Source of the DNA: a virus
Lineage: Duplodnaviria > Caudoviricetes
DNA: 64,000 bases
IMG/VR virus record: IMGVR_UViG_3300023173_000017
Span: 3,199 to 67,198 of that record
Direction: 5' to 3' (one strand)
Shown here: positions 21,601-30,711 of the stretch, in pieces
Layout of the letters: each line of letters opens with the position of its first letter
Numbering within the stretch: position 1 is the stretch's first letter
Made by a program: the position numbers and the translations under genes
The notes under the pieces: model-generated
Told to the model about the DNA's origin: nothing
Databases searched by the model: none
The model's input: only the letters and a program-made list of their open reading frames with translations

Positions 21601-24600
21601 TGCTTGAATTTCATTAAATGGTGCTTTAGTATCTGTTAAATATTCCCACTGCTCTCTTGCCTGTTTTATTTTTTCACTAAGTTCTTCAAATGCATCCCCC
21701 TGCTCAACTGTTTCTTGAATTGCCCTTTCTTGAATTGCGCTTGCATCTAGGAATTCATCGACCTGAGACAAAGATTCCATAACATCTTTTTGCATTTGTT
21801 GCGTAAAGTTTGCTTCTCCTCTGATAAACTTACCCGCAAGTTCTGGCTTAATATCGACAATTAAGCCATCCTTTAGAATATTTTCTCCTCTTCCTTGTGG
21901 ATCAAGCAGTTCTATTAGCCTTCCCTTTAAATCAACATATAGTTTTTTATCCCCAAGTTGGTTGGCAATTTCTGCAATATATGCCTCAATTTCTTTTCCG
22001 CTAAGTCCCTTAGTTGCTGCCTCAAATGCTATCTGCTTACCAAGTTCTTCAGAGAAAGCAGTTCTTCCAAGTTGTTGTCTTTGTGATAAAAGTTCTTCCA
22101 GTTTTGCCTGACCCTCTTCTGTTTCAAAGTATTCTGCTACCTTACCTTGCTTTTTAGGTGCTATCTGTAATTTTTCTGGTGCAAGAGACCTAATACTTTT
22201 AGAAAATATATCTGCTGACTCTGCTATTTTCCTCATAGATCCTGCGGCTTCTATTCCAGCATCTACTGCATTATCAAACATATTTTCAAGATTTTTTTTC
22301 ATAAGAAATACTGCTCCAGCAAGTGCTACTAAGCCACCAACTATTAATCCTGCTGGAGATATTAATGCTAAAAGGACTCCCTTTAGCATTGGCAAAACCA
22401 TAGAAATTCCTTGTAGTCCAAAAACGACTGGCAGGGCTTTCTGAGCAATCTCACCCAGTCTATTATTCATCATGGATGCAGCAAACACAAGACCATCTAG
22501 TGCAAAAAATGCTCCTTGCATCTTCACACTACCGTTTTTAAGTGCCCCACCAAACTTTGACACCCCCCCCTTCAATCTTGAAAATCTTTTCGCTACTTGA
22601 CCAGATTGTTTTCCAACATTATCTAAATTATTTGAAGCATTCTTTGTTGCCTTAATTAAGTCATCTTGAACTGATTTTGGTGCCATTGGCATTCCGCCAA
22701 CCAGTGGTGATGTTGGTCCCTTTGGCATTCCAGCAAAAGGATTAACAGAGAGTGGAACTGCTGGTCCAGTAGGCATTCCAGCAAAGGGTTGTCCACCAAA
22801 ACGTGATCTAATTTGTGCATTAACATCTTGTAGTGCAGTTACGGCTCCTTGCTCAATACCCTCGCCTATCCATATACCCAACTGTGTTGACCATGGTGGG
22901 GGAGAAGCAGCACTGGCCCCTCTCATAACTGCTGGACCAACTGCTTTGCCAGCCTTTACCGATGCTTTTTCCATTTCTTCAATAACTGCTTTGCCTGCGG
23001 CTTGAGAAGAAACAACGGCAATTGTCCTTGCTTCTTTCGCTAATTGTTGAGGAGTCTTCATCACATGCTCTGCCGATGTTCCTGCTCCGTAAAGAAGTTT
23101 AGACTGAGATCTTGCTAGACCAAAACTTGAAACATTTCCAGCGGTTGCTCTTGCTCTAGGATCAATGAACTGACCAGGAACGCCAGTTCTAGAAATATCT
23201 GGGCCAAAAAATGGGAGAACGCCAGATGCTACACGGGCTTGAGTTTGAAAAGATCCTGGTTTTGATAATTTTGACATTAATGCAGTTTCTTGCATATTTT
23301 CTTCAAAAAATTGTGATGCTTGACCAGCCTCTTTTAAGTTTAAGTTAGTATTTCTAATGAGCGATTGGGTTTTTTCTAAGTCTGCACTAAGTTCTGGGAA
23401 CTGCCTTTCTGCTTGTGCAGCAAATTGAGAAACTGGCCCCCCTGCTCTTTCCATATCTGCAACAAATTTTTGACTTACCTGATCCAAAAGCCTTTGTTGT
23501 TCGCCAAGATCTCCTGACTCAATTGCCACAGCCAGTTCACGATTAAACTTTTCTAGATAAGCCATATTTTGGTTTTGCCAATTTTTAATCTCTGAATTTA
23601 TTGTTGTTACGCTTACTTTGGCTGCTTTAGCAATTTCTGATACATAAAGAGATGTTACATCTGCTATATCATTTGCACTAACAGTAAGTATGCTGGTCAA
23701 AATTCCTGTTCCAGAACCGCCTGCACCAATGTTTGCGCCAAGCCCTCTTAAAACAAATGCTCCAGATTTAAATTTTCTTGATGCAGCACCAGATTGTTTT
23801 GATGCCCTGCTTCCTTCTGCAAGACCCTCTATTGTTCCTCTGTTCATTGAGTCAAGAATAGGCAAAAACTGTTTGGTAGCCTCTTTATTCATAACAAATT
23901 CGCCAGGGGTTAGAAGTGCTGGCTGATTATCAGAATTACCCATTCCTGCCACCATACCGCCACTTGCCAACATTTGTGGCGCAACATTTGGTGTTCTAAA
24001 TCCTTGTGGAAGACTTGCGGCTGCTGCATTTGCTCCAGCAACATATCTTCTGTATGCTGCTGATAGTTGATCTACTGCCTCTCTTTGAATGTTAAGAGAT
24101 CCTGTTAAAGATGTTGTTTGTCCTTCTAAAGATGCTGCGGCTGCTGCTGCATCTAGTTGTTCTCCAGAAAGATACTGTGTTGCTTCTGCTCCATATTTAA
24201 GCCTATTAAAGAATGTGTTAAGTGTTCCAAAACCTTTTACCAAATTACCAAGTAGGTTTCCAAAAAGACCAACGAGCATCAGAACAGAGGGAACAACAAT
24301 TCCCACACCAGAGGCTAGAATGGCAACAAAGTTTTTAACAGTTGGGCTTAGTTCGTTAAATTTTTCAAGGAGGTTTCCTGCGGCATTAATAATTGGTGTA
24401 GCAATCTTTAGGAAGATTTCACCAATAGGCGCAACAGCCAATTTAAGTCTTTCTACCGCCCCTGCAAATTTTGTTCCAATTGCTTGCTCTACTACACCTA
24501 ATTCGTTTTCTGCTGTTTCAGCAAGTTGTTCTACCGACATACCCGCCAAATCGAGTGCCCTTGCTGACTGAGATGCCTCGTCCGTAATGTTGTTAAACAG

Positions 24601-25947
24601 GGCACCGATTCTTGCATACTGCCGCTTACCAAATATTTCGCTTAGAAGTCTTTGCTGTGCAAGTTCATCAAGACTTTCCATGGCTTTTGCAAGTTGCATA
24701 ACTGCGCCAAGAATGTCTCCTTGATTTGCCTCAACTATGCCATCTAGATTAATTCCTAGTTCTTTAGCCATGGAGGATGCGCCTGATGTTGGACTAATTA
24801 ATCGTGCGAGAGAAGTCTTAAGTGCATTGGCACCTTCTGCCGCTGTTACACCACCTTCACGCATAGCAACAAGCATGACCGAAAGATCTCTAACGTCGCC
24901 ACCCAAAGATTGAATTACTGGGGCAACGCGAGGAATGGCACCAGCGAAATCTTGAATGCTAAGAACTGTTTGGTTTTCAACAATGTTTAGATAGTTAACT
25001 GCGTCGGCAAGATCCTCATTAGACAATTTAAATGCATTTTGCAGTGTAATGGTTGTTCTCATTGCCTCTGATTGTTCCATTTGACCAAGGACCGCTAGCC
25101 TTGTGGCCTCTTGTGTCTGGGACATAAGATCTTCGCCTCGGAAACCAGCCTGTGCAGCAACGTTTGCAGTTTCCATGGTATCTGTAATGGCGATACCATA
25201 CTTAGTTAGTTCTTCGCTAAGACTTCTAACTGCTTCAAGATTTTCCTCAACCTCAGTGGTTGTGGTAAAGATATCTCCATAAACCTTTTTGAAGGAAATT
25301 GCCTGCTCTTCAAGATCCATAAAAATCTTTGATGCTGTGGCACCAAAAATTGTTAAAGGTACGGTAAAGCCAACCATTAACTGACGACCAGCCCACTGAG
25401 TATTCTTGCCCCAGTTTACAATGCTCGTCCCACCGTCACGGAGAAGTTTATTAAAAATCTGCATTTTTTGAACAGATATTGCGGCTTCAGCATTAAAAAG
25501 GTTTAAGGGTCTTGCCAAAAGTGATTTTTGCATACCCCCTTGAGCCTCGCCCAAAGCAATGTATTGAGTCTGTAGACTTCTTACTCTTTCTGTGGCAAGA
25601 CGAGTAATTTTCTCATTTTCTTGTGTAAATATTTTTCCAAAATTTTTACTAGATGCCGCCGCATACTTAAAATATTGTCCAGTAGAAAGTTTATTTTTGT
25701 CTATTGCTGTCTGTAGTCTTGATACTTCAGTAGCAGAGGTTCTAATTGATGTGCTAAATTGACGAGAAGATCCAATTTCTGCCTGAAAGTTACTAAGAAG
25801 ACCTCTTTGTGCAGCAACAGCCTGAGCATTACTTTGAATTACAGACTTGTTAAATGAAGATATTCTAGTTTGTAAGGATTGTAGACTAGACAATGCCTCT
25901 GATGTATCAAGATTAACTCTGATACTAGCGTTTACATTGTTTTCCAC
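18595..25947 (-). CDS. Tape measure protein
   Basis: 2450 aa helical Ala/Gln/Glu-rich, hydrophobic mid-segments, follows frameshifted chaperones. Confidence 0.95.
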   Translation of the reverse strand: MENNVNASIRVNLDTSEALSSLQSLQTRISSFNKSVIQSNAQAVAAQRGLLSNFQAEIGSSRQFSTSIRTSATEVSRLQTAIDKNKLSTGQYFKYAAASSKNFGKIFTQENEKITRLATERVRSLQTQYIALGEAQGGMQKSLLARPLNLFNAEAAISVQKMQIFNKLLRDGGTSIVNWGKNTQWAGRQLMVGFTVPLTIFGATASKIFMDLEEQAISFKKVYGDIFTTTTEVEENLEAVRSLSEELTKYGIAITDTMETANVAAQAGFRGEDLMSQTQEATRLAVLGQMEQSEAMRTTITLQNAFKLSNEDLADAVNYLNIVENQTVLSIQDFAGAIPRVAPVIQSLGGDVRDLSVMLVAMREGGVTAAEGANALKTSLARLISPTSGASSMAKELGINLDGIVEANQGDILGAVMQLAKAMESLDELAQQRLLSEIFGKRQYARIGALFNNITDEASQSARALDLAGMSVEQLAETAENELGVVEQAIGTKFAGAVERLKLAVAPIGEIFLKIATPIINAAGNLLEKFNELSPTVKNFVAILASGVGIVVPSVLMLVGLFGNLLGNLVKGFGTLNTFFNRLKYGAEATQYLSGEQLDAAAAAASLEGQTTSLTGSLNIQREAVDQLSAAYRRYVAGANAAAASLPQGFRTPNVAPQMLASGGMVAGMGNSDNQPALLTPGEFVMNKEATKQFLPILDSMNRGTIEGLAEGSRASKQSGAASRKFKSGAFVLRGLGANIGAGGSGTGILTSILTVSANDIADVTSLYVSEIAKAAKVSVTTINSEIKNWQNQNMAYLEKFNRELAVAIESGDLGEQQRLLDQVSQKFVADMERAGGPVSQFAAQAERQFPELSADLEKTQSLIRNTNLNLKEAGQASQFFEENMQETALMSKLSKPGSFQTQARVASGVLPFFGPDISRTGVPGQFIDPRARATAGNVSSFGLARSQSKLLYGAGTSAEHVMKTPQQLAKEARTIAVVSSQAAGKAVIEEMEKASVKAGKAVGPAVMRGASAASPPPWSTQLGIWIGEGIEQGAVTALQDVNAQIRSRFGGQPFAGMPTGPAVPLSVNPFAGMPKGPTSPLVGGMPMAPKSVQDDLIKATKNASNNLDNVGKQSGQVAKRFSRLKGGVSKFGGALKNGSVKMQGAFFALDGLVFAASMMNNRLGEIAQKALPVVFGLQGISMVLPMLKGVLLALISPAGLIVGGLVALAGAVFLMKKNLENMFDNAVDAGIEAAGSMRKIAESADIFSKSIRSLAPEKLQIAPKKQGKVAEYFETEEGQAKLEELLSQRQQLGRTAFSEELGKQIAFEAATKGLSGKEIEAYIAEIANQLGDKKLYVDLKGRLIELLDPQGRGENILKDGLIVDIKPELAGKFIRGEANFTQQMQKDVMESLSQVDEFLDASAIQERAIQETVEQGDAFEELSEKIKQAREQWEYLTDTKAPFNEIQAALDELDRLQTQRDLLPVSGMPAMPAIEQAGRIAGRETPAETQKAFEKATDAAAKYGKSLFLNRQALALYNDAVERGAISQKEYEKMASGVATQFIRVKKFAGQAIDTLEGLDNTTALKAFRESFTLQTFAGIDEEMRTKITDALKSVSDKAVVTLGVEYARGSITEQEIIDLANVIDRLPADHTRQTKIIVAYGEGSLTTANLEVLANNLENISSFDGKQVDFLLNLGVLGEEKFAQAIQMMLAVDKMLSGETTFIAGQVSGAETKLAQLKKEADEAKALMDQLFGGGEEDGKGMGETEETGGSAEKSFLEDFIDNINANAKLYLNAEKGMKGYLKNRGKFLGVFQKLRNRGLSEDIISALGTGPEGLKNAKELLKKNREQIKKLSEGSRLDSLGQTVESLRREKGKTKEKTAAARAIEGLSPELQDIVMNDEQFISSFAKVKVGSKEYNKLVKEVQKLANAKRELAEETQTEFEAQEQATKAMIDSLELQIKKNEDDLINAFEKTHGMLPEMMELEISKREESIRVIQKQIDELEELNEIDEERIEGLSRQQEMLERQIEVLDRANEMDQRRIELLNRQDEIRSRESEALSKELDDMSKIEQELRDSHQKRVEQLEKVADVNDYILNQQKQQLNISRAISEGDIYSATAAAQEMRAGSAEFSKRQLISGLEAGLENQVSNLRTSDGLTRDQAERQIANIKEQSYQTSLQIRQIEDMIYQRNQQMIPLKDQQHSLDMQIRDIEDLIYDRNVQKKQIFDEQIDPLQRQNDLQNEYLRKLNIEIDHVNGPLKAKQNHLNRILELEGASQKVTGEIRDMTIKARKKADELSGSWDGVTRSIVSALGALSQFNGAKAAKSYAGGIVKSYAGGIVEGYSKGGKIKGYSVGGVAGNGSRDSVPAMLTPGEFVIRKAMVNKYGQSMMHDINMGSFSMPGYGAPERSSNVSPADVSVSNISSISAPVYNVYDMNFSINGSNQSADEIANRVMVKMRQLQSHNIRSNRGN
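18992..19039. repeat. Perfect 24-bp tandem duplication in tape measure (KSYAGGIV-like unit)
   Basis: actattcctccagcgtaggacttt x2. Confidence 0.9.
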
Positions 25948-25974
25948 AGATAAGCACCTCTATCTAATTATACA

Positions 25975-26696
25975 CTACTGCATTGGATTTTTTGGTCCAC
26001 CTTCCCCATCTTTTACAGAAGTATATTCTAAGCCATTATTGATTCCAATTCCTGCTTTTGCAGCAGTGCTTCCTTGCAAAGACAAAACATCATTAGAGTC
26101 TTTGGCTTGACCTCCACTAAAAACTCTGGCCTTAAGGTCTTCCCATTCTTTTTGACCACGCTCTTTTCCATCAGAGGAATTAACACTTTTATCAATGTCT
26201 ATACCCTGAATGGCAGCAAAGAACTTTCGTTCTTCATTTTCTTTTTCCCTTTTAGCAATAAGGATAGAGGTGAGTTCTGCCATGCAAAGATTATCCTCTA
26301 ATTCTTGATAATCTTTCCATATTCCTAAAATAAAAACTTCAGACTCTATTTTGGCGAGATCTAGTTCGTCCCAACTATCCCCGCCGCCAGTGCGTTTCCC
26401 GAATCATCAAACTTAATTCCCGACGCTGCCTCAATAATCTTGTACAGGGTTGGAAGGTCTATGTTGTCTTCAAGGGCCTCTCTATCTTCAGCAATTGATG
26501 GATTGTATTGCTTCATAGCAATCTGAGCACAATCAACAAGTACGTCCATCGACTTATCGTTATCATCTGCAACATCTTCAAGGGCAGAGAATGTTTTCAT
26601 AAAATGTCTCAAAAGGGAGATCTTTAGAGGACGCATACTGATTTTTGTACCATCAATCAGTTCAAGTTCGGTTGTTTCATAAACAGTTGTAGCCAT
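25975..26696 (-). CDS. Tail assembly chaperone, long (GT) form via programmed -1 frameshift
   Basis: G GGA AAC slippery site; the -1 frame GKRTGGGDSWDELDLAKIESEVFILGIWKDYQELEDNLC is open into ORF 25975..26283. Confidence 0.88.
26361..26696 (-). CDS. Tail assembly chaperone, short (G) form
   Basis: Start MATTVYET at 26696 with SD AAAGGA; between major tail and tape measure. Confidence 0.88.
   Translation of the reverse strand: MATTVYETTELELIDGTKISMRPLKISLLRHFMKTFSALEDVADDNDKSMDVLVDCAQIAMKQYNPSIAEDREALEDNIDLPTLYKIIEAASGIKFDDSGNALAAGIVGTN
26394..26400 (-). other. -1 ribosomal slippery heptamer GGGAAAC
   Basis: X XXY YYZ in the correct phase near the end of the short chaperone. Confidence 0.88.
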
Positions 26697-26726
26697 TTTT
26701 TTCCTTTCTTTTGACTTTATAAGAGA

Positions 26727-26735
26727 ATTATAGCA
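26727..26735 (-). promoter_or_regulatory. Extended -10 promoter TGCTATAAT
   Basis: Just downstream of terminator, upstream of chaperone SD. Confidence 0.65.
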
Positions 26736-26742
26736 TGACAAA

Positions 26743-26768
26743 GGCCCCCTTCGCATTCGCGGGGGGCC
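26743..26768 (-). terminator. Intrinsic terminator after major tail gene
   Basis: GGCCCCC...GGGGGCC stem followed by TTTG. Confidence 0.7.
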
Positions 26769-26792
26769 AGTGCCAATTTATTTAATTTTAGA

Positions 26793-27476
26793 TTATGCAG
26801 GTGCCGCTACAGTTCGGTCAACAATCTTTCCATAGGAACCTGTTGAGTCTTCTGGTAGCAAACGGAATGATACCTCAAACATTGAAGGCTCATCTCTTTT
26901 TGCTGAAACAGTAACATTGTCAATTGACAATGCACGGTAGGCAATATAGATTCTCTCAATGTAATCTCCTGGATCACAGTCTCCCGTGCCTGGTCCTACT
27001 GCAACCATACCTCTTTCAACTGGGCACTCTCCAATTGCTCCAGCAGAAAGGTTGAGAATTGATGCAGTGGCATTTGAGCCACCGTCTGCCTTTAGTGGTC
27101 CATCAACAGTAGCATCGGCATCGTAATCTGCTGATGGTGCTGCAATGGCTACTAGAAGGTTCTCTAGTGTTGCTTCTGCAAATGCGGTAGCAAGATTAAC
27201 CTGCATACCTTGCTTGTACAACTTGGCTACGTCAAGAACCTGATCTACCTGGACCTCACCAAAATCTGGCTGGAACTGCAACTCTAGACCATTCATGGTG
27301 TAACCGATGTTACGAACAAGTGCTGCTCCAGCAGAACCTGATAGTGTCTCCAGGTACTGCTCTCCTGCAACAAAGTCTGGAAGTGCTGTACTAGGGGAAA
27401 ACTCTGTTCCTGTGCTGACGAACATTGCGGCTGCGCCTACAATGATTTGTCTAGAATCTCCGCGTGTATATGACAT
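26793..27476 (-). CDS. Major tail (tube) protein
   Basis: RNIGYTMNGLELQFQPDFGEVQVDQ...FEVSFRLLP; own promoter and terminator. Confidence 0.85.
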   Translation of the reverse strand: MSYTRGDSRQIIVGAAAMFVSTGTEFSPSTALPDFVAGEQYLETLSGSAGAALVRNIGYTMNGLELQFQPDFGEVQVDQVLDVAKLYKQGMQVNLATAFAEATLENLLVAIAAPSADYDADATVDGPLKADGGSNATASILNLSAGAIGECPVERGMVAVGPGTGDCDPGDYIERIYIAYRALSIDNVTVSAKRDEPSMFEVSFRLLPEDSTGSYGKIVDRTVAAPA

Positions 27477-27544
27477 ATATTTCACCTCTTTTTATATTTT
27501 TTTTATAACTATAGGGCGTTTCCTCTCTTCAATTATACATCATT

Positions 27545-28078
27545 TTATAGATAATCTTCAAGAGAGGTGGTGAAATGATAACATGTGTCTACCAAAAACT
27601 CTGATATATAGTTTGGCCTAGACGTTTCTTCTCTTTGTCCACCATCTGAACTGGGAGCACCCGACCTTGATTGATACACTCTTAGGGTATGAAAGAATAC
27701 TGGGTGAACATCGTTTCCCCCATTATTTCTTATCCAATTATTTATATCTTTTGCAGAATCATCTTCTCTGTCTAGTATTAACTGAAATGCTGCTGTCCAC
27801 TGCAAAGTCTCTACTGGCTTTGCCTTTAGATAATAAAGAAAACTTTCTCTTTTCTTTACATAAAATGGCTCAGAAGAAAATCTCATAACCCTGTCATAAA
27901 TAAAATATGGCTTGTTTTCCCATTGTTTTTGTCCAGATGCTGAATCTCCAATGGGAAAAAATGGAATTTTGTTTCCATACCTACTTGTTTTTGTTAGTGT
28001 TGGATCTATAGTTTTCATGGTATCCCATAAGTACCCGTTTATAGCAAGTGGTGGCACTCCTAATTGTTCAAAACTCAT
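27545..28078 (-). CDS. Putative tail terminator / neck protein
   Basis: Position just before major tail gene. Confidence 0.55.
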   Translation of the reverse strand: MSFEQLGVPPLAINGYLWDTMKTIDPTLTKTSRYGNKIPFFPIGDSASGQKQWENKPYFIYDRVMRFSSEPFYVKKRESFLYYLKAKPVETLQWTAAFQLILDREDDSAKDINNWIRNNGGNDVHPVFFHTLRVYQSRSGAPSSDGGQREETSRPNYISEFLVDTCYHFTTSLEDYL

Positions 28079-28761
28079 ATCATTCCTACCTCATCAATAT
28101 CCATATATTTTCTTCCAGCAATTTGACCAAGGGATCTTCCTGCCCCCTTTGATGCTTTAGAGAAATAATCTAAAAACTCTTTTGGCCTTTTTAGGTCATT
28201 AAATATTCCAGATTGATTTAAAACAATTGCAGAAAAATAAGAATCAAAGAATTCTTCTACTACTCTACCAAAACTTCCAGCAACTTCGTCCCCTCCTGGG
28301 TTTGCCACAAAAACAGATTTGACTGTGAATACTGGCTCTCCATCAACTTCAAATGCTAGAACGTCTGCATCCCTTGGCTCTATCTCCACAGATATTCTAT
28401 TTTCCATAATGTTGGCTTTATCAACAAAGGGAACCCTTGATCCTTCATTGACTGATGTTGATGGCAAAAATTTGCCGTAAAGAGTTATTGTGTCTTTTGT
28501 GGCACTACAATCAATTTCAAACAATCTTGAGTTTGGATCTCCCACCCTGTCCCATTCATAAACATGGTGTAAGGACTCTGGGGAAACCTTTGCTCTTGAA
28601 TCAATGTATCTTTTTAAAATCTCTGCTGTAATGTCTGAAAGTTTTTTATTAAAAACCACTCTATTTTTTTGTGCGCCATCTAGGAATCCATAGGAATACT
28701 CTATAGAATTTCTTATTTTTAAATTTAGATCATTTGCGTCAAACCTTATTCCTAATGTCAT
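28075..28761 (-). CDS. Neck / head-tail morphogenesis protein
   Basis: LHHVYEWDRVG; position in neck block. Confidence 0.55.
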   Translation of the reverse strand: MTLGIRFDANDLNLKIRNSIEYSYGFLDGAQKNRVVFNKKLSDITAEILKRYIDSRAKVSPESLHHVYEWDRVGDPNSRLFEIDCSATKDTITLYGKFLPSTSVNEGSRVPFVDKANIMENRISVEIEPRDADVLAFEVDGEPVFTVKSVFVANPGGDEVAGSFGRVVEEFFDSYFSAIVLNQSGIFNDLKRPKEFLDYFSKASKGAGRSLGQIAGRKYMDIDEVGMI

Positions 28762-29207
28762 AGTTCATCAAGTGCCTGTGTGTCTGATCTATTAAAAAGT
28801 ATTTTCCAATACTCTATTTCATTCCATGGATTAACGTATGGTTCTATAGCAAATATTTCATAGACTGTGGATAGTCCATCTCTATCCCCCGCCGCTTCAA
28901 TAAAGTAGTGTTGGGAGGTCTTTATATCTCTAATATTGGTAACAAGAATACTAGTTATTGGGTGATATATTCCATTAAGATCAATTCTGGGATCTAGTTT
29001 TGATCTTCCAATTAGTTTGTCCTCATACTCATTAAATTTTCCAGTCTTTAGGGCTTCCTTATCTACCGAACCCAATACTTCTGCATATCCAGAAAGTGTT
29101 TGATTCCAAGACCAAATATTTTCTTCTATGCCATATTTATCTTGTTCCTGTGATGCATAGTAAATATCAAAATTCATACTGAATTTAAAATCTGAACATG
29201 CCTTCAT
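28758..29207 (-). CDS. Head closure / stopper-like protein
   Basis: beta-rich 149 aa ending IEYWKILFNRS; neck block. Confidence 0.55.
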   Translation of the reverse strand: MKACSDFKFSMNFDIYYASQEQDKYGIEENIWSWNQTLSGYAEVLGSVDKEALKTGKFNEYEDKLIGRSKLDPRIDLNGIYHPITSILVTNIRDIKTSQHYFIEAAGDRDGLSTVYEIFAIEPYVNPWNEIEYWKILFNRSDTQALDEL

Positions 29208-30169
29208 TATAGAACACCTATTTTGTAAAAATTGCTTCTGTGCCCCTGCAAAATTTGATCAACTATTCTGTTTCCTGTTCCTGAATAAACTAGGTCATCG
29301 TACTTAATAGTAAACTGATCTGTTTTATATTCCTTTATATATTTATCAATATGAGAAGTTCTTCCACAATTAATGTCGTCTATCAATAACTTTGTTGCCT
29401 CTTGAATGTCTAGTGGAACAACTGGGTAACCAAATTCACCAACAATGGTAAAATCATATCCGCTAGGGAATAAGTCAAACTCTCTAATCTTTGTTAAAGC
29501 GGCAATTGGATCATCTGAGTCATTGTAAAGATTAAAAGAGTCTGATGCGGCTAGTGGCAGGGCCACTGGTTTTGATTCAGATCTATTGTAAAGTCCATAC
29601 TGCTGTATCGTTATCGCTGAATTGTCAGAAGTTACAAAATATGAATCTTGAACTACGCTAGCACTTGCAAATCTATCATAAACCTTTAGGTTGTTTCTAT
29701 ATACATAATTAATTCTGTTAATTCTATTTGGAACAGCCAAGTAGTCTCCTCCGAGACCTGTAATGTCTACTGAATCATATGTATAATAAAATCCACCAGT
29801 CACTCCATCAATTATTGATCTGGCTATTCTTTCATTATATATTGCCTCTTGATCTTCCCCCGCTGTATTTCCTATTGCATATGGATCTACATATGGACGC
29901 TTGATGGAAAGATTATCTATTACTACGGTGTTTTCTGGATTTTCATCTACATCTAATGAAAAAACATTTACTGCGTACTCATCATCAAACTTTTCAAAAT
30001 ATTGATCCAGTTCTTGTGAAATATTGCCACTAGAGTCAGAGGTTACGTCATACGAATATAGCAAAACGGAATCTGTGCCATAAATTCTTAAAAGGTAGTC
30101 TGTCGATGGAGTTAAACCAGAGTATTCAAGGGTTAATGGAAACTCTGATGGTTGTCTTAGAAATATCAT
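29207..30169 (-). CDS. Head-tail adaptor
   Basis: EFGYPVVPLDIQEATKLLIDD...TGNRIVDQIL, gp6/gp15-like C-terminus. Confidence 0.7.
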   Translation of the reverse strand: MIFLRQPSEFPLTLEYSGLTPSTDYLLRIYGTDSVLLYSYDVTSDSSGNISQELDQYFEKFDDEYAVNVFSLDVDENPENTVVIDNLSIKRPYVDPYAIGNTAGEDQEAIYNERIARSIIDGVTGGFYYTYDSVDITGLGGDYLAVPNRINRINYVYRNNLKVYDRFASASVVQDSYFVTSDNSAITIQQYGLYNRSESKPVALPLAASDSFNLYNDSDDPIAALTKIREFDLFPSGYDFTIVGEFGYPVVPLDIQEATKLLIDDINCGRTSHIDKYIKEYKTDQFTIKYDDLVYSGTGNRIVDQILQGHRSNFYKIGVL

Positions 30170-30618
30170 GCCTTACCGTAATAAGTGGCAACTTCTTCTG
30201 GCGTTGCCTCACGAACGCTTTTTCGTGTAAGCCACTTTTCGGCAGCCTCCTTTGTAATAATATTGTAACCTGATTTTAAGTCTCCTACGCCCATCCAATG
30301 CAAATTTTTTTCTGAAAACAAAGCAATCTTTTCAGACTCCTTTTTGTTTTTAACTTCTGCTTTAACTGGTCTTTCTGCTGACCTTACAGAAATAACTTTA
30401 TCATCATTGGCATGTACGTTAGATTGCGGAGAAATCTTAGTCTTTGATGGTGTCTGGATAACAGTTTCTGAATACTCTTCTGCTACAGAAATTCCCGCTT
30501 CAATATCCATAATTATGGCTAAAATCTTTGTCTTTGTTTTTGCGTCACCTAAATCAATGCCGTTTTCTTTTGCATATTCTCTAAGTTGCTTGGCTGTCTT
30601 TGATGATAGATGCTCCAT
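30166..30618 (-). CDS. Hypothetical protein with N-terminal HeH/Rho-N-like motif
   Basis: LSSKTAKQLREYAKENGIDL...TKTKIL; SD AGGAGG before ATG 30618. Confidence 0.7.
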   Translation of the reverse strand: MEHLSSKTAKQLREYAKENGIDLGDAKTKTKILAIIMDIEAGISVAEEYSETVIQTPSKTKISPQSNVHANDDKVISVRSAERPVKAEVKNKKESEKIALFSEKNLHWMGVGDLKSGYNIITKEAAEKWLTRKSVREATPEEVATYYGKA

Positions 30619-30662
30619 TAATCCTCCTATGTCTAATATCAATTATATCAGAATATGCTTGA

Positions 30663-30689
30663 GGGGGGTAGGTTTTTGTCCTACCCCCC
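30663..30689 (-). terminator. Intrinsic terminator after capsid gene
   Basis: GGGGGGTAGG/CCTACCCCCC 10-bp stem. Confidence 0.75.
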
Positions 30690-30711
30690 CACAAGTTAGT
30701 GTATTTAGTTA

